Notes: a model not told the origin generated them from the letters alone. A stretch of 64,000 nt of DNA from Bacteroidota bacterium (GCA_018266795.1 JAFDZV010000047.1:54759-118758), one strand, 5' to 3'. Shown: positions 35,581 through 45,468, counted from the first letter of the stretch. Numbers and translations: made by a program.

Positions 35581-36801
35581 ATGCAACCGAACGTACTTGC
35601 CCGCATCCTTCGCATAAGCTTCTATGTCGGTCTCGTTCTTCTGGTGGTCCCAGGCGTTATCCGGGCCTATCTCCTCTCGCCTCCCGGCGGCAGCCAGGGT
35701 CTCGACATGCTCCCGCTGGCCTACTATGCGTTCACGATACATCCCTTTGCCGTGGCCTCGGGCCTGCTGCTGTTGCTGCCGCACATCGTCATGACGATCC
35801 GGACCAAGGAACAGCGGCTGCGCGTGGGCCTGATATTCCTCTGCGTGGCGCTCCTCGGCTTCAACTACTTCCTCGCCGTAAAGCTGAGCGCCGCGAACAC
35901 GTTCCGCGAGGTTCAGAAGAAGGTGTTCGCCACCGCCGCGGAGAACAAGGTGGCAACCCAGAGCCTCGTGATCGGCGTGGAGCGCAACGGCGTTGCGAAG
36001 GCATATCCCATTACGATACTCGGCCTGCACTATCGGCTTGCCGATACGGTTGGTGGCACGCCGGTGCTGGCAACGTATTCGCTTCTCTGCCACATGGGGC
36101 GCGTGTATGCAACAACGCTGGACGGCGTGGTGCAGGCGTTCGATCTGGTGGGGATGCAGCATTACAACGGTGTGCTGGCCGATCATGCAACGCGATCGTG
36201 GTGGTATCAGGCCACGGGCCGGGCGGTGATGGGGCCGCGTGCCGGCCGGCAGCTCGAGGAGATTCCCTCCGAACAGATGACGCTGTCCGCCTGGATTGCG
36301 CGCCACCCGAACACGCTCGTGCTGCAGCCGGATTCCTCGGCCGCCAATTTCTACAAGGAACTCTCCGGCTTCGCGCACGCACGCACGGCGGATCGCGACG
36401 CATCGGGGCGGGTTGTTCGCTGGCAGGACTTCGGCTGGGTGGTTGGGCTTGCTGCCGGAGGAGTTGCACGGGCGTACGACTGGAACGATCTCCTGGAGCG
36501 TCGCGTGCTGAACGATCAACCGGGAGGCGTTCCCGTTGTGATCGCGCTCGAGCCGGATACTACCAACTTTCACGTGTGGAAGCGGCCCGCACCGGACGCC
36601 GCGCACGAATTCGTGCCAGACTCGGCAGGGCGCGGCATGCGCGATCGTGGAACGAATTCACTGTGGGATTGGACCGGTGCCTGCATCGAGGGGCCGTGCC
36701 TGGGCCAGCACCTGGAGGCGCTCGCCGTGCGGCAGGAGTACTGGCTCGCGTGGCGCACGTTCAACAAGGGAACCACGCAGTGGGTGCCGGCAGCGAAGTA
36801 G
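35581..36801 (+). CDS. DUF3179 domain-containing membrane-anchored protein
   Basis: Start at internal ATG (MQPNVLARIL...). Three N-terminal TM helices. Then ERNGVAKAYPITILGLHYRLADTVGGTPVLATYSLLCHMGRVY, resembling the DUF3179 core (VTYCPLC-type). Confidence 0.7.
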   Translation: MQPNVLARILRISFYVGLVLLVVPGVIRAYLLSPPGGSQGLDMLPLAYYAFTIHPFAVASGLLLLLPHIVMTIRTKEQRLRVGLIFLCVALLGFNYFLAVKLSAANTFREVQKKVFATAAENKVATQSLVIGVERNGVAKAYPITILGLHYRLADTVGGTPVLATYSLLCHMGRVYATTLDGVVQAFDLVGMQHYNGVLADHATRSWWYQATGRAVMGPRAGRQLEEIPSEQMTLSAWIARHPNTLVLQPDSSAANFYKELSGFAHARTADRDASGRVVRWQDFGWVVGLAAGGVARAYDWNDLLERRVLNDQPGGVPVVIALEPDTTNFHVWKRPAPDAAHEFVPDSAGRGMRDRGTNSLWDWTGACIEGPCLGQHLEALAVRQEYWLAWRTFNKGTTQWVPAAK

Positions 36802-36834
36802 CCGGGCGCAATGCGGCGATGGATGGAGAGCCGC

Positions 36835-37590
36835 CTATCTGCCCGGCTCGCTTCCAAGAACCCATGCCACGTTCAGGCCGCCGCCGAAGATGAACCCGTT
36901 CCACGAGAGATAGGGCGAGAGATCCGTGAACTCGCGACGGGCATGCACCTCCGGTATCACGGCCAGCCTGTCGCCGATGTGCAATGTATACATGAGCGAA
37001 CCCATTGCTCCAAGCGAGACGTGCGACCGGTCCTTGACTTCGCCTTCACTGGCGGTTATAACCTTTCCGTTGTCCGGATCCGGAGAAGGGAATCGCGTGT
37101 CGGGCGGGGTAACGGTCCGGTGCGTCAGGCGCCCGTTCATTGCAAGGTAGTTGCCCACGGTGGGGCCTGCTCCGATGGCAAACCCTGCAGGGAGCTCGAG
37201 CGCTGCAAGCAGCTCCGCGCGAAGCATCTCGAAGTCCAGATCGTAGGCGATGGTCTGCGTGGCGGTTACTCCGGCACCGTTCTGCAGGACAAGAATATCC
37301 TGACTGAATGCGAACGTGCTCTTCGCCCGGTGCCATCCCACGCGCAGCTGGGTGCCAACAACATCACCCGCAAGGCGGGGTATCCACAGAAGCAGGTGCC
37401 CCTCCGGGTAGCCTGCGTTCGAAAGGATCGGCTGGCCGAAGGGAGGATTGGGATTATCGAATCGCAGCGTTCCGGTCTCGTATCCGCCTCCGGCGCCGAG
37501 AAGCGTCTCGAATTGCTGTGCCGTTCCTCTCTGCGTCAAGGCGGGCAGAAGCGCCAGAACGCAATACCACCATAGTCGCCGGCCAATCAT
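36835..37590 (-). CDS. Secreted/outer-membrane hypothetical protein, tandem paralog A
   Basis: Signal peptide MIGRRLWWYCVLALLPALTQRGTAQQ. Conserved GGGYETGTLR, EFTDLSPxxSWNGFIFGGGLNVA. About 60% identical to paralogs B and C. Confidence 0.7.
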   Translation of the reverse strand: MIGRRLWWYCVLALLPALTQRGTAQQFETLLGAGGGYETGTLRFDNPNPPFGQPILSNAGYPEGHLLLWIPRLAGDVVGTQLRVGWHRAKSTFAFSQDILVLQNGAGVTATQTIAYDLDFEMLRAELLAALELPAGFAIGAGPTVGNYLAMNGRLTHRTVTPPDTRFPSPDPDNGKVITASEGEVKDRSHVSLGAMGSLMYTLHIGDRLAVIPEVHARREFTDLSPYLSWNGFIFGGGLNVAWVLGSEPGR

Positions 37591-37757
37591 GGGCAGCCTT
37601 CACGGTTTGTAGTGAACATTCGAATACGAACATGGACGGAGTGACTCAATCATCCATCCAACAATCAGAAACCTCCGCTGCACACGCCGGAGGCTGCTCT
37701 CCCCGGGAGTGTCTCAAAGACTGAGCGCCACATTCAGGCCGCCGCCGAAGATGAATC
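37517..37757. repeat. About 240-bp near-identical direct repeat (copy 1), covering the 5' coding end and upstream region of paralog A; about 96% identical to 38398..38645
   Basis: Direct comparison of the two blocks (tgccgttcctctctgcgtcaaggcgggcagaagcgccagaacgcaataccaccatagtcgccggccaatcatgggcagccttcacggtttgtagtgaacattcgaatacgaacatggacggagtgactcaatcatccatccaacaatcagaaac...) shows only about 8 mismatches. Confidence 0.85.
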
Positions 37758-38472
37758 CGTTCCATGAAATATGCGGCGAGAGATCCGTGAACTCATGCCT
37801 GGCATGCACTTCCGGAATCACGGCCAGCCGGTCGCCGATGCGGAGCGTGTACACAAGCGAGGCCATCATGCCGATGGTGATGTGTGAACGATCCTGCACG
37901 TCGCCATCGTACAGTATCAGCGTTCGCCCGTTGTTCTCGCTGGGGAGTGCATCCGGATTCACAAACTGCTGGTCCTGCGGCTCGATCAGATTCTCCTTCA
38001 TGCGATCGTTCATCACGAGTTGATCGCTCAGCGTTGGCCCCGCGCCGATTGAGAAACCCGCGGGAAGTTGAAATGTTGCGAGCAGATCTGCCTGAAGCGT
38101 CTGCATGTCGAACGTCTGCTCGAAACTTATGCGCTGCATAACCGGATCGGGCGAACCGGGGAGCAGCACCAAGGTCGCCGGCGGGTAGTTCACGATCGTG
38201 CCCCTTTCCCGATGCCATCCAAGGTGTACCTCGCAGCCCAGAAGGCCGCCGGCCAATCGCGGCACGAACAGAAGCAGATGCCCCTCCGGCCATGTGGTCC
38301 TTGAGTTGCCCGGCTGTACGAACGGAGGATTCGAAATGTCGAGCCGGAGCGTTCCGGTTTCGTAACCGCCTCCGGCGCCGAGAAACATCTCGGCTTGTTG
38401 TGCCGTTCCTCTCTGCGTCAAGGCGGGCAGAAGCGCCAGAACGCAATACCACCATAGTCGCCGGCCAATCAT
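37714..38472 (-). CDS. Secreted/outer-membrane hypothetical protein, tandem paralog B
   Basis: Signal peptide identical to paralog A through residue 26. Otherwise diverged. Same C-terminal NGFIFGGGLNVAL motif. Confidence 0.7.
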   Translation of the reverse strand: MIGRRLWWYCVLALLPALTQRGTAQQAEMFLGAGGGYETGTLRLDISNPPFVQPGNSRTTWPEGHLLLFVPRLAGGLLGCEVHLGWHRERGTIVNYPPATLVLLPGSPDPVMQRISFEQTFDMQTLQADLLATFQLPAGFSIGAGPTLSDQLVMNDRMKENLIEPQDQQFVNPDALPSENNGRTLILYDGDVQDRSHITIGMMASLVYTLRIGDRLAVIPEVHARHEFTDLSPHISWNGFIFGGGLNVALSL

Positions 38473-38645
38473 GGGCAGCCTTCACGGTTTGTAGTGAACA
38501 TTCGAATACGAACATGGACGGAGTGACTCAATCATCCATCCAACAATCAGAAACTTCCGCTGCACACGCCGGAGGCCGCTCTCCTTGGGTGTCTCAAAGA
38601 ATAAGCGCCACATTCAGGCCGCCGCCGAAGATGAGTCCGTTCCGC
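38398..38645. repeat. About 240-bp near-identical direct repeat (copy 2), covering the 5' coding end and upstream region of paralog B
   Basis: See copy 1 (37517..37757). Confidence 0.85.
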
Positions 38646-39355
38646 GAGAGATCGGGTGAGAAATCCGTGAACTCATGCCGTGCATGGGCTTCAGGGATTA
38701 TTGCCAGCCAATCATCGATTCGCCACGTATACATGAGCGATCCCGTCAGGCCGAACGTGACCTTGTTGCGATTGGGCCACTCGCCATTGCGGAGCACCAG
38801 AGTCCGCCCATTGTTCTCCGTCGGGAGGCCGCCTGGGTTGAGGAACCGGGCGTTCTCCGGCTCCACCAGATTCTGCGTCACCTTGCCGTTCATCGTTGTG
38901 TGATAGCTCGCCGTTGGCCCGAGCCCGACGGCAAATCCGGCTGGGAGTTCGTACGTGGCAAGCAGATCCGCTTCCAATGTCTCGAGGTCAACCCTGTGCA
39001 CGATGTTTATCCGTTGTGTCACGCCAACGCCATCCAGCAGGACGACGGTCGCGGGGAAATCATGAACGAAGCTCCCGTCTGTCCGATACCGTCCCACCCG
39101 GAGTTGGGCGCCGAATGATTCTCCAACAATCGATGGCCGCCAGAGGAAGAGACCATAATCCGGCCAATGTGCATGAACCGTGGAGGTGCCGCTGAAGTCA
39201 GTGGTTCCGATCGTCAGATGCAGTTCACCCGTCTCGTATCCGCCGCAAGCACCGGCAATCGTCTCGGAACTCTGTGCGATGGCGGCCGATGCCGCGGCCA
39301 GCGCAATCAAGCAACAGCACTGTGTGCGGATACCATGTGCGATTAGATAACGCAT
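38594..39355 (-). CDS. Secreted/outer-membrane hypothetical protein, tandem paralog C
   Basis: Start at internal ATG (MRYLIAHGIRTQCCCLIALAAASAAIAQS signal). Conserved GGYETGELHL...EFTDFSPDLSRNGLIFGGGLNVALIL. Confidence 0.7.
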   Translation of the reverse strand: MRYLIAHGIRTQCCCLIALAAASAAIAQSSETIAGACGGYETGELHLTIGTTDFSGTSTVHAHWPDYGLFLWRPSIVGESFGAQLRVGRYRTDGSFVHDFPATVVLLDGVGVTQRINIVHRVDLETLEADLLATYELPAGFAVGLGPTASYHTTMNGKVTQNLVEPENARFLNPGGLPTENNGRTLVLRNGEWPNRNKVTFGLTGSLMYTWRIDDWLAIIPEAHARHEFTDFSPDLSRNGLIFGGGLNVALIL

Positions 39356-39510
39356 GTCAAACCAGGAACAATGAAGCTGTGAAGATGATGGTGCCGGCAG
39401 TCTCCGGTCGTTCACCGAATAGTGAATGGGGAGCGCGTTGGTGACACCTGCCGGAGTGAAAGGAATGTGCGGAAAGAGAACGGGCGATGCAAGAGAAGAA
39501 GGGGGCCGGA

Positions 39511-40086
39511 TTACTTGATGTCGTAGTTCAGCAGGGAGAGCGTATCGGCCGATCCCTTGGTCACCACCTGAACCAGACCCACGTTTCGGGCATAGTAGTA
39601 ATCGGATTCGGCGGTTGTTTCGGTGTACGGCGGCGTTGCATACGTGACAACGTGCACGCGAAGCAGGTCGCTGAAGGTCCGGTTCCAGACATAGCGCGAG
39701 TCCAGGTGCTCAACCGTGGAGCATTGATAGTGCAGCGCGCCGGCCGTATCAACATAACTCCATGTTTTGCCGGCTGCCTCATCCAGCAGCGTCCATTCCA
39801 GTGTGGAGTCTATCGTCCTGCGATAGTGCACTCCTGCAACATTCCGCTGCAGCACGTGGCTGGTGACGTTGTTGAAGTAGCTCATCATCACATGCCACGC
39901 CATGCCGTCCACAACGGTATCGGACATGATGTTCGCGGTGAAGATGGAGTGCCCGTCCGTATACAGCCACGCGGAGCCAACCGTTGCCGGGAAGTACGTG
40001 CCGGGCGCGCCGGGCGCTGCCGGATTGCTGCATCCGGCAACGGCAACGAGCGCCGCGAGAAATGCGAGGCTGAACGATGTTCTCAC
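39511..40086 (-). CDS. Hypothetical lipoprotein
   Basis: Signal peptide/lipobox MRTSFSLAFLAALVAVAGC. 191 aa. No family recognised. Confidence 0.65.
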   Translation of the reverse strand: MRTSFSLAFLAALVAVAGCSNPAAPGAPGTYFPATVGSAWLYTDGHSIFTANIMSDTVVDGMAWHVMMSYFNNVTSHVLQRNVAGVHYRRTIDSTLEWTLLDEAAGKTWSYVDTAGALHYQCSTVEHLDSRYVWNRTFSDLLRVHVVTYATPPYTETTAESDYYYARNVGLVQVVTKGSADTLSLLNYDIK

Positions 40087-40110
40087 GATACAGAGGAATG
40101 TAGGTGCCGT

Positions 40111-41127
40111 TCAATCGTGCCGCGTCAACACGGTCTTTCTTGTGATGCCACCGGCGGCGCAGGTCATCCGCACGAAGTAGGTGCCGTCTGCAAGGCCGGC
40201 TGTCGGGAAGGTGATATCGTGCGTGCCGCCATCGAACCAGCCCGAGGCGACGGTGCGCACCTCGCGGCCCATGGCGTCGAAGAGTGCAAGCTCGACATCC
40301 GAGGCGAGCGGCAGCCCGATGCGCGCAAGCATGCCGTTGCCGTCACCGATCGTCTCGAGGTCCAGCCGCAGTGCCCCGGCGCCCGGGCTTTTCGGCACGC
40401 TGCTCTGCCCGGCCTGCCATCTGCTGAACAATGTCTGCAGCGAGTCGATCGGCTCACGCTGCGAGTCCGGGCCAAGCGACACATCGATGTTGAGCCAGAG
40501 GTGATCCTGGTCCTGGTCCGTCGGCTGCGCCACACGAAGGAAGGCGGAGTGGGAGGAGCTGTATGGAGCGCAGCGCGTGTCGGCGCCGATCATCTTGGCA
40601 CCCTGGAGCGCGGCCATCAGCTTGTCCGCAAGCGACCCCGGTTGCCGGAGGAACTGTGCCTCCATGGAGTCCAGCACCTGGCGGCCCAGCAGGATGTTCC
40701 CCTGGATGGAATAGGTGGGGCCGGTAATATGTCCCTTGTAGTCGGAGCAGCCGATGCCGGTGTATGCCGCGGTCTTCTGGTCCCCCGCAAGCGTAACCAC
40801 GCCGTACTGCCGAACGCCGGAGTTGCCTTCTGCATCGAACGCCACAAGCGAATCCACGATTGTCTGCGCCGGCAGATGGCGATCCATCAGATCCACGCCA
40901 TGATCCTGGTTCTGCGGGATGTAGCTGGCCTGCGTGTGGATTGCGCCGATGCCGGGGTGCACGTCGCTGATGATGGCGGCATCGAACGGAACGCACGAGG
41001 CGCCGGCACTTCCCACCTGGCCGGTCTCGGGGTCAACCGCCACGATCGAAAACGTATGCTGCGCGCGGAGTGTGCCTGCGGCAAGCATTGCGGCGATGAG
41101 GAGCGGAAGATGTCGCGCTGTGCTCAT
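40111..41127 (-). CDS. DUF1028 (Ntn-hydrolase-like) protein with T9SS C-terminal sorting domain
   Basis: Signal peptide, then TFSIVAVDPETGQVGSAGASCVPFD, the DUF1028 N-terminal-nucleophile-type start. C-terminal about 80 aa (LPLASDVELALFDAMGREVRTVASGWFDGGTHDITF...GTYFVRMTCAAGGITRKTVLTRHD) are the T9SS CTD. Confidence 0.8.
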   Translation of the reverse strand: MSTARHLPLLIAAMLAAGTLRAQHTFSIVAVDPETGQVGSAGASCVPFDAAIISDVHPGIGAIHTQASYIPQNQDHGVDLMDRHLPAQTIVDSLVAFDAEGNSGVRQYGVVTLAGDQKTAAYTGIGCSDYKGHITGPTYSIQGNILLGRQVLDSMEAQFLRQPGSLADKLMAALQGAKMIGADTRCAPYSSSHSAFLRVAQPTDQDQDHLWLNIDVSLGPDSQREPIDSLQTLFSRWQAGQSSVPKSPGAGALRLDLETIGDGNGMLARIGLPLASDVELALFDAMGREVRTVASGWFDGGTHDITFPTAGLADGTYFVRMTCAAGGITRKTVLTRHD

Positions 41128-41178
41128 GATGTTCCTCGCGATCTGTTCGGTTGGACGCGTGCCGAAGATTGAACGCCG

Positions 41179-42906
41179 CTACGTTACCGGTGTGCCCGGC
41201 TCAGAGGCGAATGCCCGGATGGCCGCTGCTGTGGGAAGCCGCAGGCCCTCGCGTGCGCGCACCTTGGCGTACGCAGCGTTCACGGACCTGATCCGCATCT
41301 TCAATTCGCCGAGCATCGGCGGCTGAACGGAGAACCGGCGAACGCCGAGGCCGATCAACAGTTCCGTTGCAAGCGGGTTCGCTGCAAGCTCGCCGCATAT
41401 CGTCACCGGGATACCGGCGCGAGCCGCGGCCATCGATGTGGCGCGGATCAGGCGCAGCACCGCCGGATGGAGTTCGTCATAGTAGGCCGCCATTGCCTCG
41501 TCAGACCGGTCGACCGCCAGCGTATACTGTGCAAGATCGTTCGTGCCGAGCGAGAAGAAGTCGCACACCGTTGTCAGCGCATCCGATATCACGGCCGCAG
41601 CCGGCGTCTCGATCATCGCGCCGATCGGGATGGCGGCGTCGAACTCCACACCATCCTGCTGGAGACGGGCCTTGATCGATTCGGCCACCTCGCGGAATGT
41701 CACCACCTCCTGCACGGAGGAGACCATCGGCAGCATGATCTTCAGATTCTTCATCCGCGATGCGCGCAGGAGAGCCTCCACCTGATTCTCCAGAAGATCG
41801 CGGCGCTCCAGCAGCAGGCGCAGGCCGCGCAGACCGAGCGGCGACGAGGATGGGCCGCTCAGATCGCGTACCAGCTTGTCCGCGCCGATATCGAACAGCC
41901 GGAAGGTGACGGGCATCGGGTAGGCACGTTCTGCGATCTGATTGTACTGGGCAAGCTGATCCTCCATTCCCGCGAGAACCGTTCCTCCCATGATCAGGTA
42001 CTCCGTGCGCATCAGCCCGATCTCCTCCGCGCCGTTCTCCATCGCGCTCTCCAGCTCATCGATCATGTCGATGTTGGCGGCGATTACCATTCGCACGCCG
42101 TCCGTGGTCTCGGCCGGGAGATGGCGCAGCTCTCCCAGTTGGGCGCGCTGTGCCTCCAGTTCGTTCTTTCGTCTGCGATAGTGCTCGACGGTATCGGGGC
42201 AGGGATCGATGATCACCCGTCCGGTGTAGCCGTCCACGATCATCATCGTATGCGGCCGCGCTGCGGCGGCGATCTCGCGAACGCAGGCAACCATGGGGAT
42301 GCCGAACGCACGCGCAAGGATGGCGGCATGCGAGTTGATGCCGCCGGTCTCCAGTACGAAGGCCGATGCCTTGTTGCGGGCGTAGAGCACCGTGTCGCTC
42401 GGGCTCAGCGTTGCCAGTACCAGAACGGCATCGTTGTGGAAGTCGTGCACTACCGGCGTCTTGAGCAGGCAGCCGATCAGGTGCGATTGCAGCGCACGGA
42501 TGTCCTCCGCGCGCGAGCGCATGGACTCATCAGCGGCTCCCGTGAAGATCTCCGCGAGGCGTCCCATCTCCGCCGCGATTGCAGCATGTGCGGTGCACCG
42601 ATTGTTCTTGATGTTTGCAACGATGGATTCCGCAAGTACCGGATCGGCGAGCATCATCCGATGCGCCTCGAAGATCTCCGCACGATCGCTCACATCCTCG
42701 CGCGCCATCTTCTCTATGCGTTCAAGCGCCTTGTCCGCTTCCAGAATGGCGCCGTGAAGGCGCTCCACCTCGATCTCCACCTCCTCGTCATCCAGCTTCT
42801 CCGAGCGCGGAACAAGCGTTTCCTTCTGGGCCAGTATGCGCGCCCGCGCGATCGCTATGCCCGGTGAGGCGGGAATTCCCTCGATGATGTATTCGCTTTC
42901 GGGCAT
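41179..42906 (-). CDS. ptsI: Phosphoenolpyruvate-protein phosphotransferase (PTS enzyme I)
   Basis: 575 aa from internal ATG (MPESEYIIEGIPASPGIAIARARIL). Phospho-His region ETGGINSHAAILARAFGIPMV. PEP-utilising signature LGTNDLAQYTLAVDR. C-terminal CGELAANPLATELLIGLGVRRFSV. The 161-codon upstream extension in the track ORF is Arg-rich and not GAF-like. No ptsH is adjacent. Confidence 0.85.
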   Translation of the reverse strand: MPESEYIIEGIPASPGIAIARARILAQKETLVPRSEKLDDEEVEIEVERLHGAILEADKALERIEKMAREDVSDRAEIFEAHRMMLADPVLAESIVANIKNNRCTAHAAIAAEMGRLAEIFTGAADESMRSRAEDIRALQSHLIGCLLKTPVVHDFHNDAVLVLATLSPSDTVLYARNKASAFVLETGGINSHAAILARAFGIPMVACVREIAAAARPHTMMIVDGYTGRVIIDPCPDTVEHYRRRKNELEAQRAQLGELRHLPAETTDGVRMVIAANIDMIDELESAMENGAEEIGLMRTEYLIMGGTVLAGMEDQLAQYNQIAERAYPMPVTFRLFDIGADKLVRDLSGPSSSPLGLRGLRLLLERRDLLENQVEALLRASRMKNLKIMLPMVSSVQEVVTFREVAESIKARLQQDGVEFDAAIPIGAMIETPAAAVISDALTTVCDFFSLGTNDLAQYTLAVDRSDEAMAAYYDELHPAVLRLIRATSMAAARAGIPVTICGELAANPLATELLIGLGVRRFSVQPPMLGELKMRIRSVNAAYAKVRAREGLRLPTAAAIRAFASEPGTPVT

Positions 42907-43531
42907 CTGCTGCACGTTGAGAAGTGATTGATTGTTCCAGAATATATGGATTGCAGGCGGATTGCACCGGGCACAACGCCGTCCGCCAGTTGCTCGGTGA
43001 GCGTAGCCGGTTATCCGGCCGTTGCCGCAGATTGCTCGTCCGTTGTTTCGTACGGCGACCGGATGAAATATTTTCCACACTCCCGTCCCGAACTGTCGGA
43101 CACGCGATCCGGCTGCGGCATCGGACGGCGTCCACGTCCGGATTGCGAATGATGTCCGGTCGGCAGGCGAACATCGCATACCTCCTCTCTCTCTCTGATC
43201 CCGACAACCGGATTGAAGCGCTTGCGCGCCTCGGGAACCTGCCTTCGCATGCGGCGGGCTTCGTCCTGGCCGGCGCGTACGCCAGGCTGCTGCCTGGTGA
43301 CGACCAGGCCACGGCCCGGCGTGTATCGCAATGATTATCGGCAGGCCGAACGCCATGCGCCCGGTCCCTGCGGCCAAACGCCGATTCACCTCCCCGAAAC
43401 CGGATCACATCCTCTCACCGTCGTGGTTGCATCCGGCTGATGTCTGTGATACTCCAGGCTTCGTTGCTCCGCGCGAACGCGCAGGGTTCGAGGAGCCATT
43501 CTTTCATAACAACGATTGACGAGATATTGTC

Positions 43532-43951
43532 ATGAACACAATTCGCACTCGAAGAATCACACTGCTCGGAATACTGGCGGCAGCGATGCTCGCGGTGTCT
43601 GCGTCACCCGGCACGGCCCTGGCACGGCACCCTCTCTGCACGGGCTATACGGTGTTTATCGACGGCACCATACCGGATACGATGAAGGTGGGAGTGGATT
43701 TCCAGAACCTCTCAACCACCATGCATCCCTACACGGTGGCCGGCACATACCACGAAACGGTTTCCAATCCCGGCGCAATGCTGGACGTTGTGATCACGCT
43801 CGGGCCATGCGGCGGCCCGTTCACGGTTCCCGCGGACGGGATGCCTCACAGGATCTCCGGGCTTGCCTCCTGCAATCTCTGCTACAACGTAACCGCCGGA
43901 ACCGATCTGGCGGGGTGCCCGTACATCGCGATCATTCAGGTTCCGTGCTAG
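43532..43951 (+). CDS. Small secreted Cys-rich hypothetical protein
   Basis: Signal peptide MNTIRTRRITLLGILAAAMLAVSASPG. 6 Cys in 139 aa. No family recognised. Confidence 0.45.
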   Translation: MNTIRTRRITLLGILAAAMLAVSASPGTALARHPLCTGYTVFIDGTIPDTMKVGVDFQNLSTTMHPYTVAGTYHETVSNPGAMLDVVITLGPCGGPFTVPADGMPHRISGLASCNLCYNVTAGTDLAGCPYIAIIQVPC

Positions 43952-44073
43952 GCTCTGTCCGACAAGCTTGTTTGGGCCGGACGCGGCGCCCGCGTGTTCG
44001 CGGCCATGTTGCACTCACTCGGGGCGTAGCGCCGCGGTGTATTCGCTCGCGAACGCATCGCGGCGCAGACCAT

Positions 44074-45468
44074 TCAGCCTTCGAGCGCAGTCTGCAGTTT
44101 TCCGTGAATGCCTCCGAAGCCGCCGTTGGACATCACGGCGATCACGTCTCCCGGCTCTACATGCCGTGCGAGATGTTCCACGATATGATCGGCATCCTTC
44201 AGGAAGAGTGTGGTGATCCCGCGTTCCTCCAGATCGTGCTTCAGCCGTTCGGGATCCAGCCGTTCCTCCGGCGGGAGTTCCTCCAGCCGGTCGACCTGCG
44301 CAAGCAGCACCATGTCCGCATCGAAGAAGCACTCCGCCAGTTCCCGTTGGAAGATGTTGCGCCGCGTTGTATTGCTTCGCGGTTCGAACACTCCCCACAG
44401 CCGGTTGTCCGGATGTCGCAGCCTCAGCGCCCGCAGTGTTTCGCGGATCGCCGTGGGGTGATGCGCAAAGTCATCGTACACGCGCACGCCGTTCCACTCT
44501 CCCTTCAATTCCAGGCGACGCCTGGTGTTGCGGAAGCTCCGGTATGCCTCGTCGATTACGTCGTAGCCAACACCGAGCCAGCGGGCGATCACGGCAACGC
44601 CGAGCGCGTTGCGCACGTTGAACTCTCCGAGCAATGCCACCGTAAGGCGGGCCTGAACCTCTCCATTCCGTTCAACATCGAAGCTCGATGTCTCCGCATC
44701 GTATTCGATGTTGCACGCGCGCCACACGCACCGCTCCCCCAGGCCGAACGTCTCCACAGGCGTGAAGGCCTGCCGCACCGCTGCGCGTACGTTCTCGTCG
44801 TCGCCGTTGGCAACAATCAATCCATTGCCGGGGACGATGTTCACCAGACGGCGGAATGAGAGAAGGATATCGTCGAGCGAGGAAAAGATGTCCGCATGAT
44901 CGAACTCGATGTTGTTGATCACCAGAGCGGTCGGGAGATAGTGTACGAACTTGGAGCGTTTGTCGAAGAAGGCCGTATCGTATTCATCCCCTTCCAGCAC
45001 AACCAGATCGCTCGCCGTGCTGTACTGCCAGCCGGCTGTGAAGTTCCCCGGCACCCCGCCGATCATGAAGCTTGGCGAGCGGCCCGTGCATTCCAGCAGC
45101 CACGCCATGAGCGAGGACGTCGTGGTTTTGCCGTGCGTGCCGGTCAGCACGATCGACCTTCGCCCCTGTATCAGCTCATGCTTCAGAAGCTCCGGGAGCG
45201 AGGTATAGCGAAGCCGCGCATCGAGCGCCGCCTCCACCTCGGCATTTCCGCGCGACATGCGGTTGCCGATCACCACCAGATCTGGACTCGGATCCAGGTT
45301 GCCTGCGGCGAAGCCGTTCATGATCGCAACGCCCGCATCGGCCAGCAGATCGCTCATGGGAGGATAGATGTTCTGATCGCTGCCTGTGACGGTGTGGCCC
45401 ATGGCGCGCATCATCAGCGCGACATTTCCCATTGCCGTGCCGCAGATGCCGATGAAGTGAATGTGCAT
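44074..45468 (-). CDS. mpl: UDP-N-acetylmuramate:L-alanyl-gamma-D-glutamyl-meso-diaminopimelate ligase (murein peptide ligase)
   Basis: MHIHFIGICGTAMGNVALMMRAMGHTVTGSD N-terminus (Mpl-type ICGTxMG rather than MurC IGGxGMS). Mur ligase middle domain LTGTHGKTTTSSLMAWLL. 464 aa. Confidence 0.85.
   Translation of the reverse strand: MHIHFIGICGTAMGNVALMMRAMGHTVTGSDQNIYPPMSDLLADAGVAIMNGFAAGNLDPSPDLVVIGNRMSRGNAEVEAALDARLRYTSLPELLKHELIQGRRSIVLTGTHGKTTTSSLMAWLLECTGRSPSFMIGGVPGNFTAGWQYSTASDLVVLEGDEYDTAFFDKRSKFVHYLPTALVINNIEFDHADIFSSLDDILLSFRRLVNIVPGNGLIVANGDDENVRAAVRQAFTPVETFGLGERCVWRACNIEYDAETSSFDVERNGEVQARLTVALLGEFNVRNALGVAVIARWLGVGYDVIDEAYRSFRNTRRRLELKGEWNGVRVYDDFAHHPTAIRETLRALRLRHPDNRLWGVFEPRSNTTRRNIFQRELAECFFDADMVLLAQVDRLEELPPEERLDPERLKHDLEERGITTLFLKDADHIVEHLARHVEPGDVIAVMSNGGFGGIHGKLQTALEG

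Noticed and set aside
42907-43389. 161-codon N-terminal extension of the PtsI ORF (possible GAF domain as in PtsP)
   Set aside because: The translation is Arg/Gly-rich with no GAF-like pattern. Canonical PtsI begins at the internal ATG (MPESEYIIEGIPASPG).
43516-44859. 447-aa plus-strand ORF overlapping mpl
   Set aside because: Antisense to a clearly recognisable Mpl ligase. The separate small signal-peptide ORF at 43532..43951 is kept at low confidence instead.
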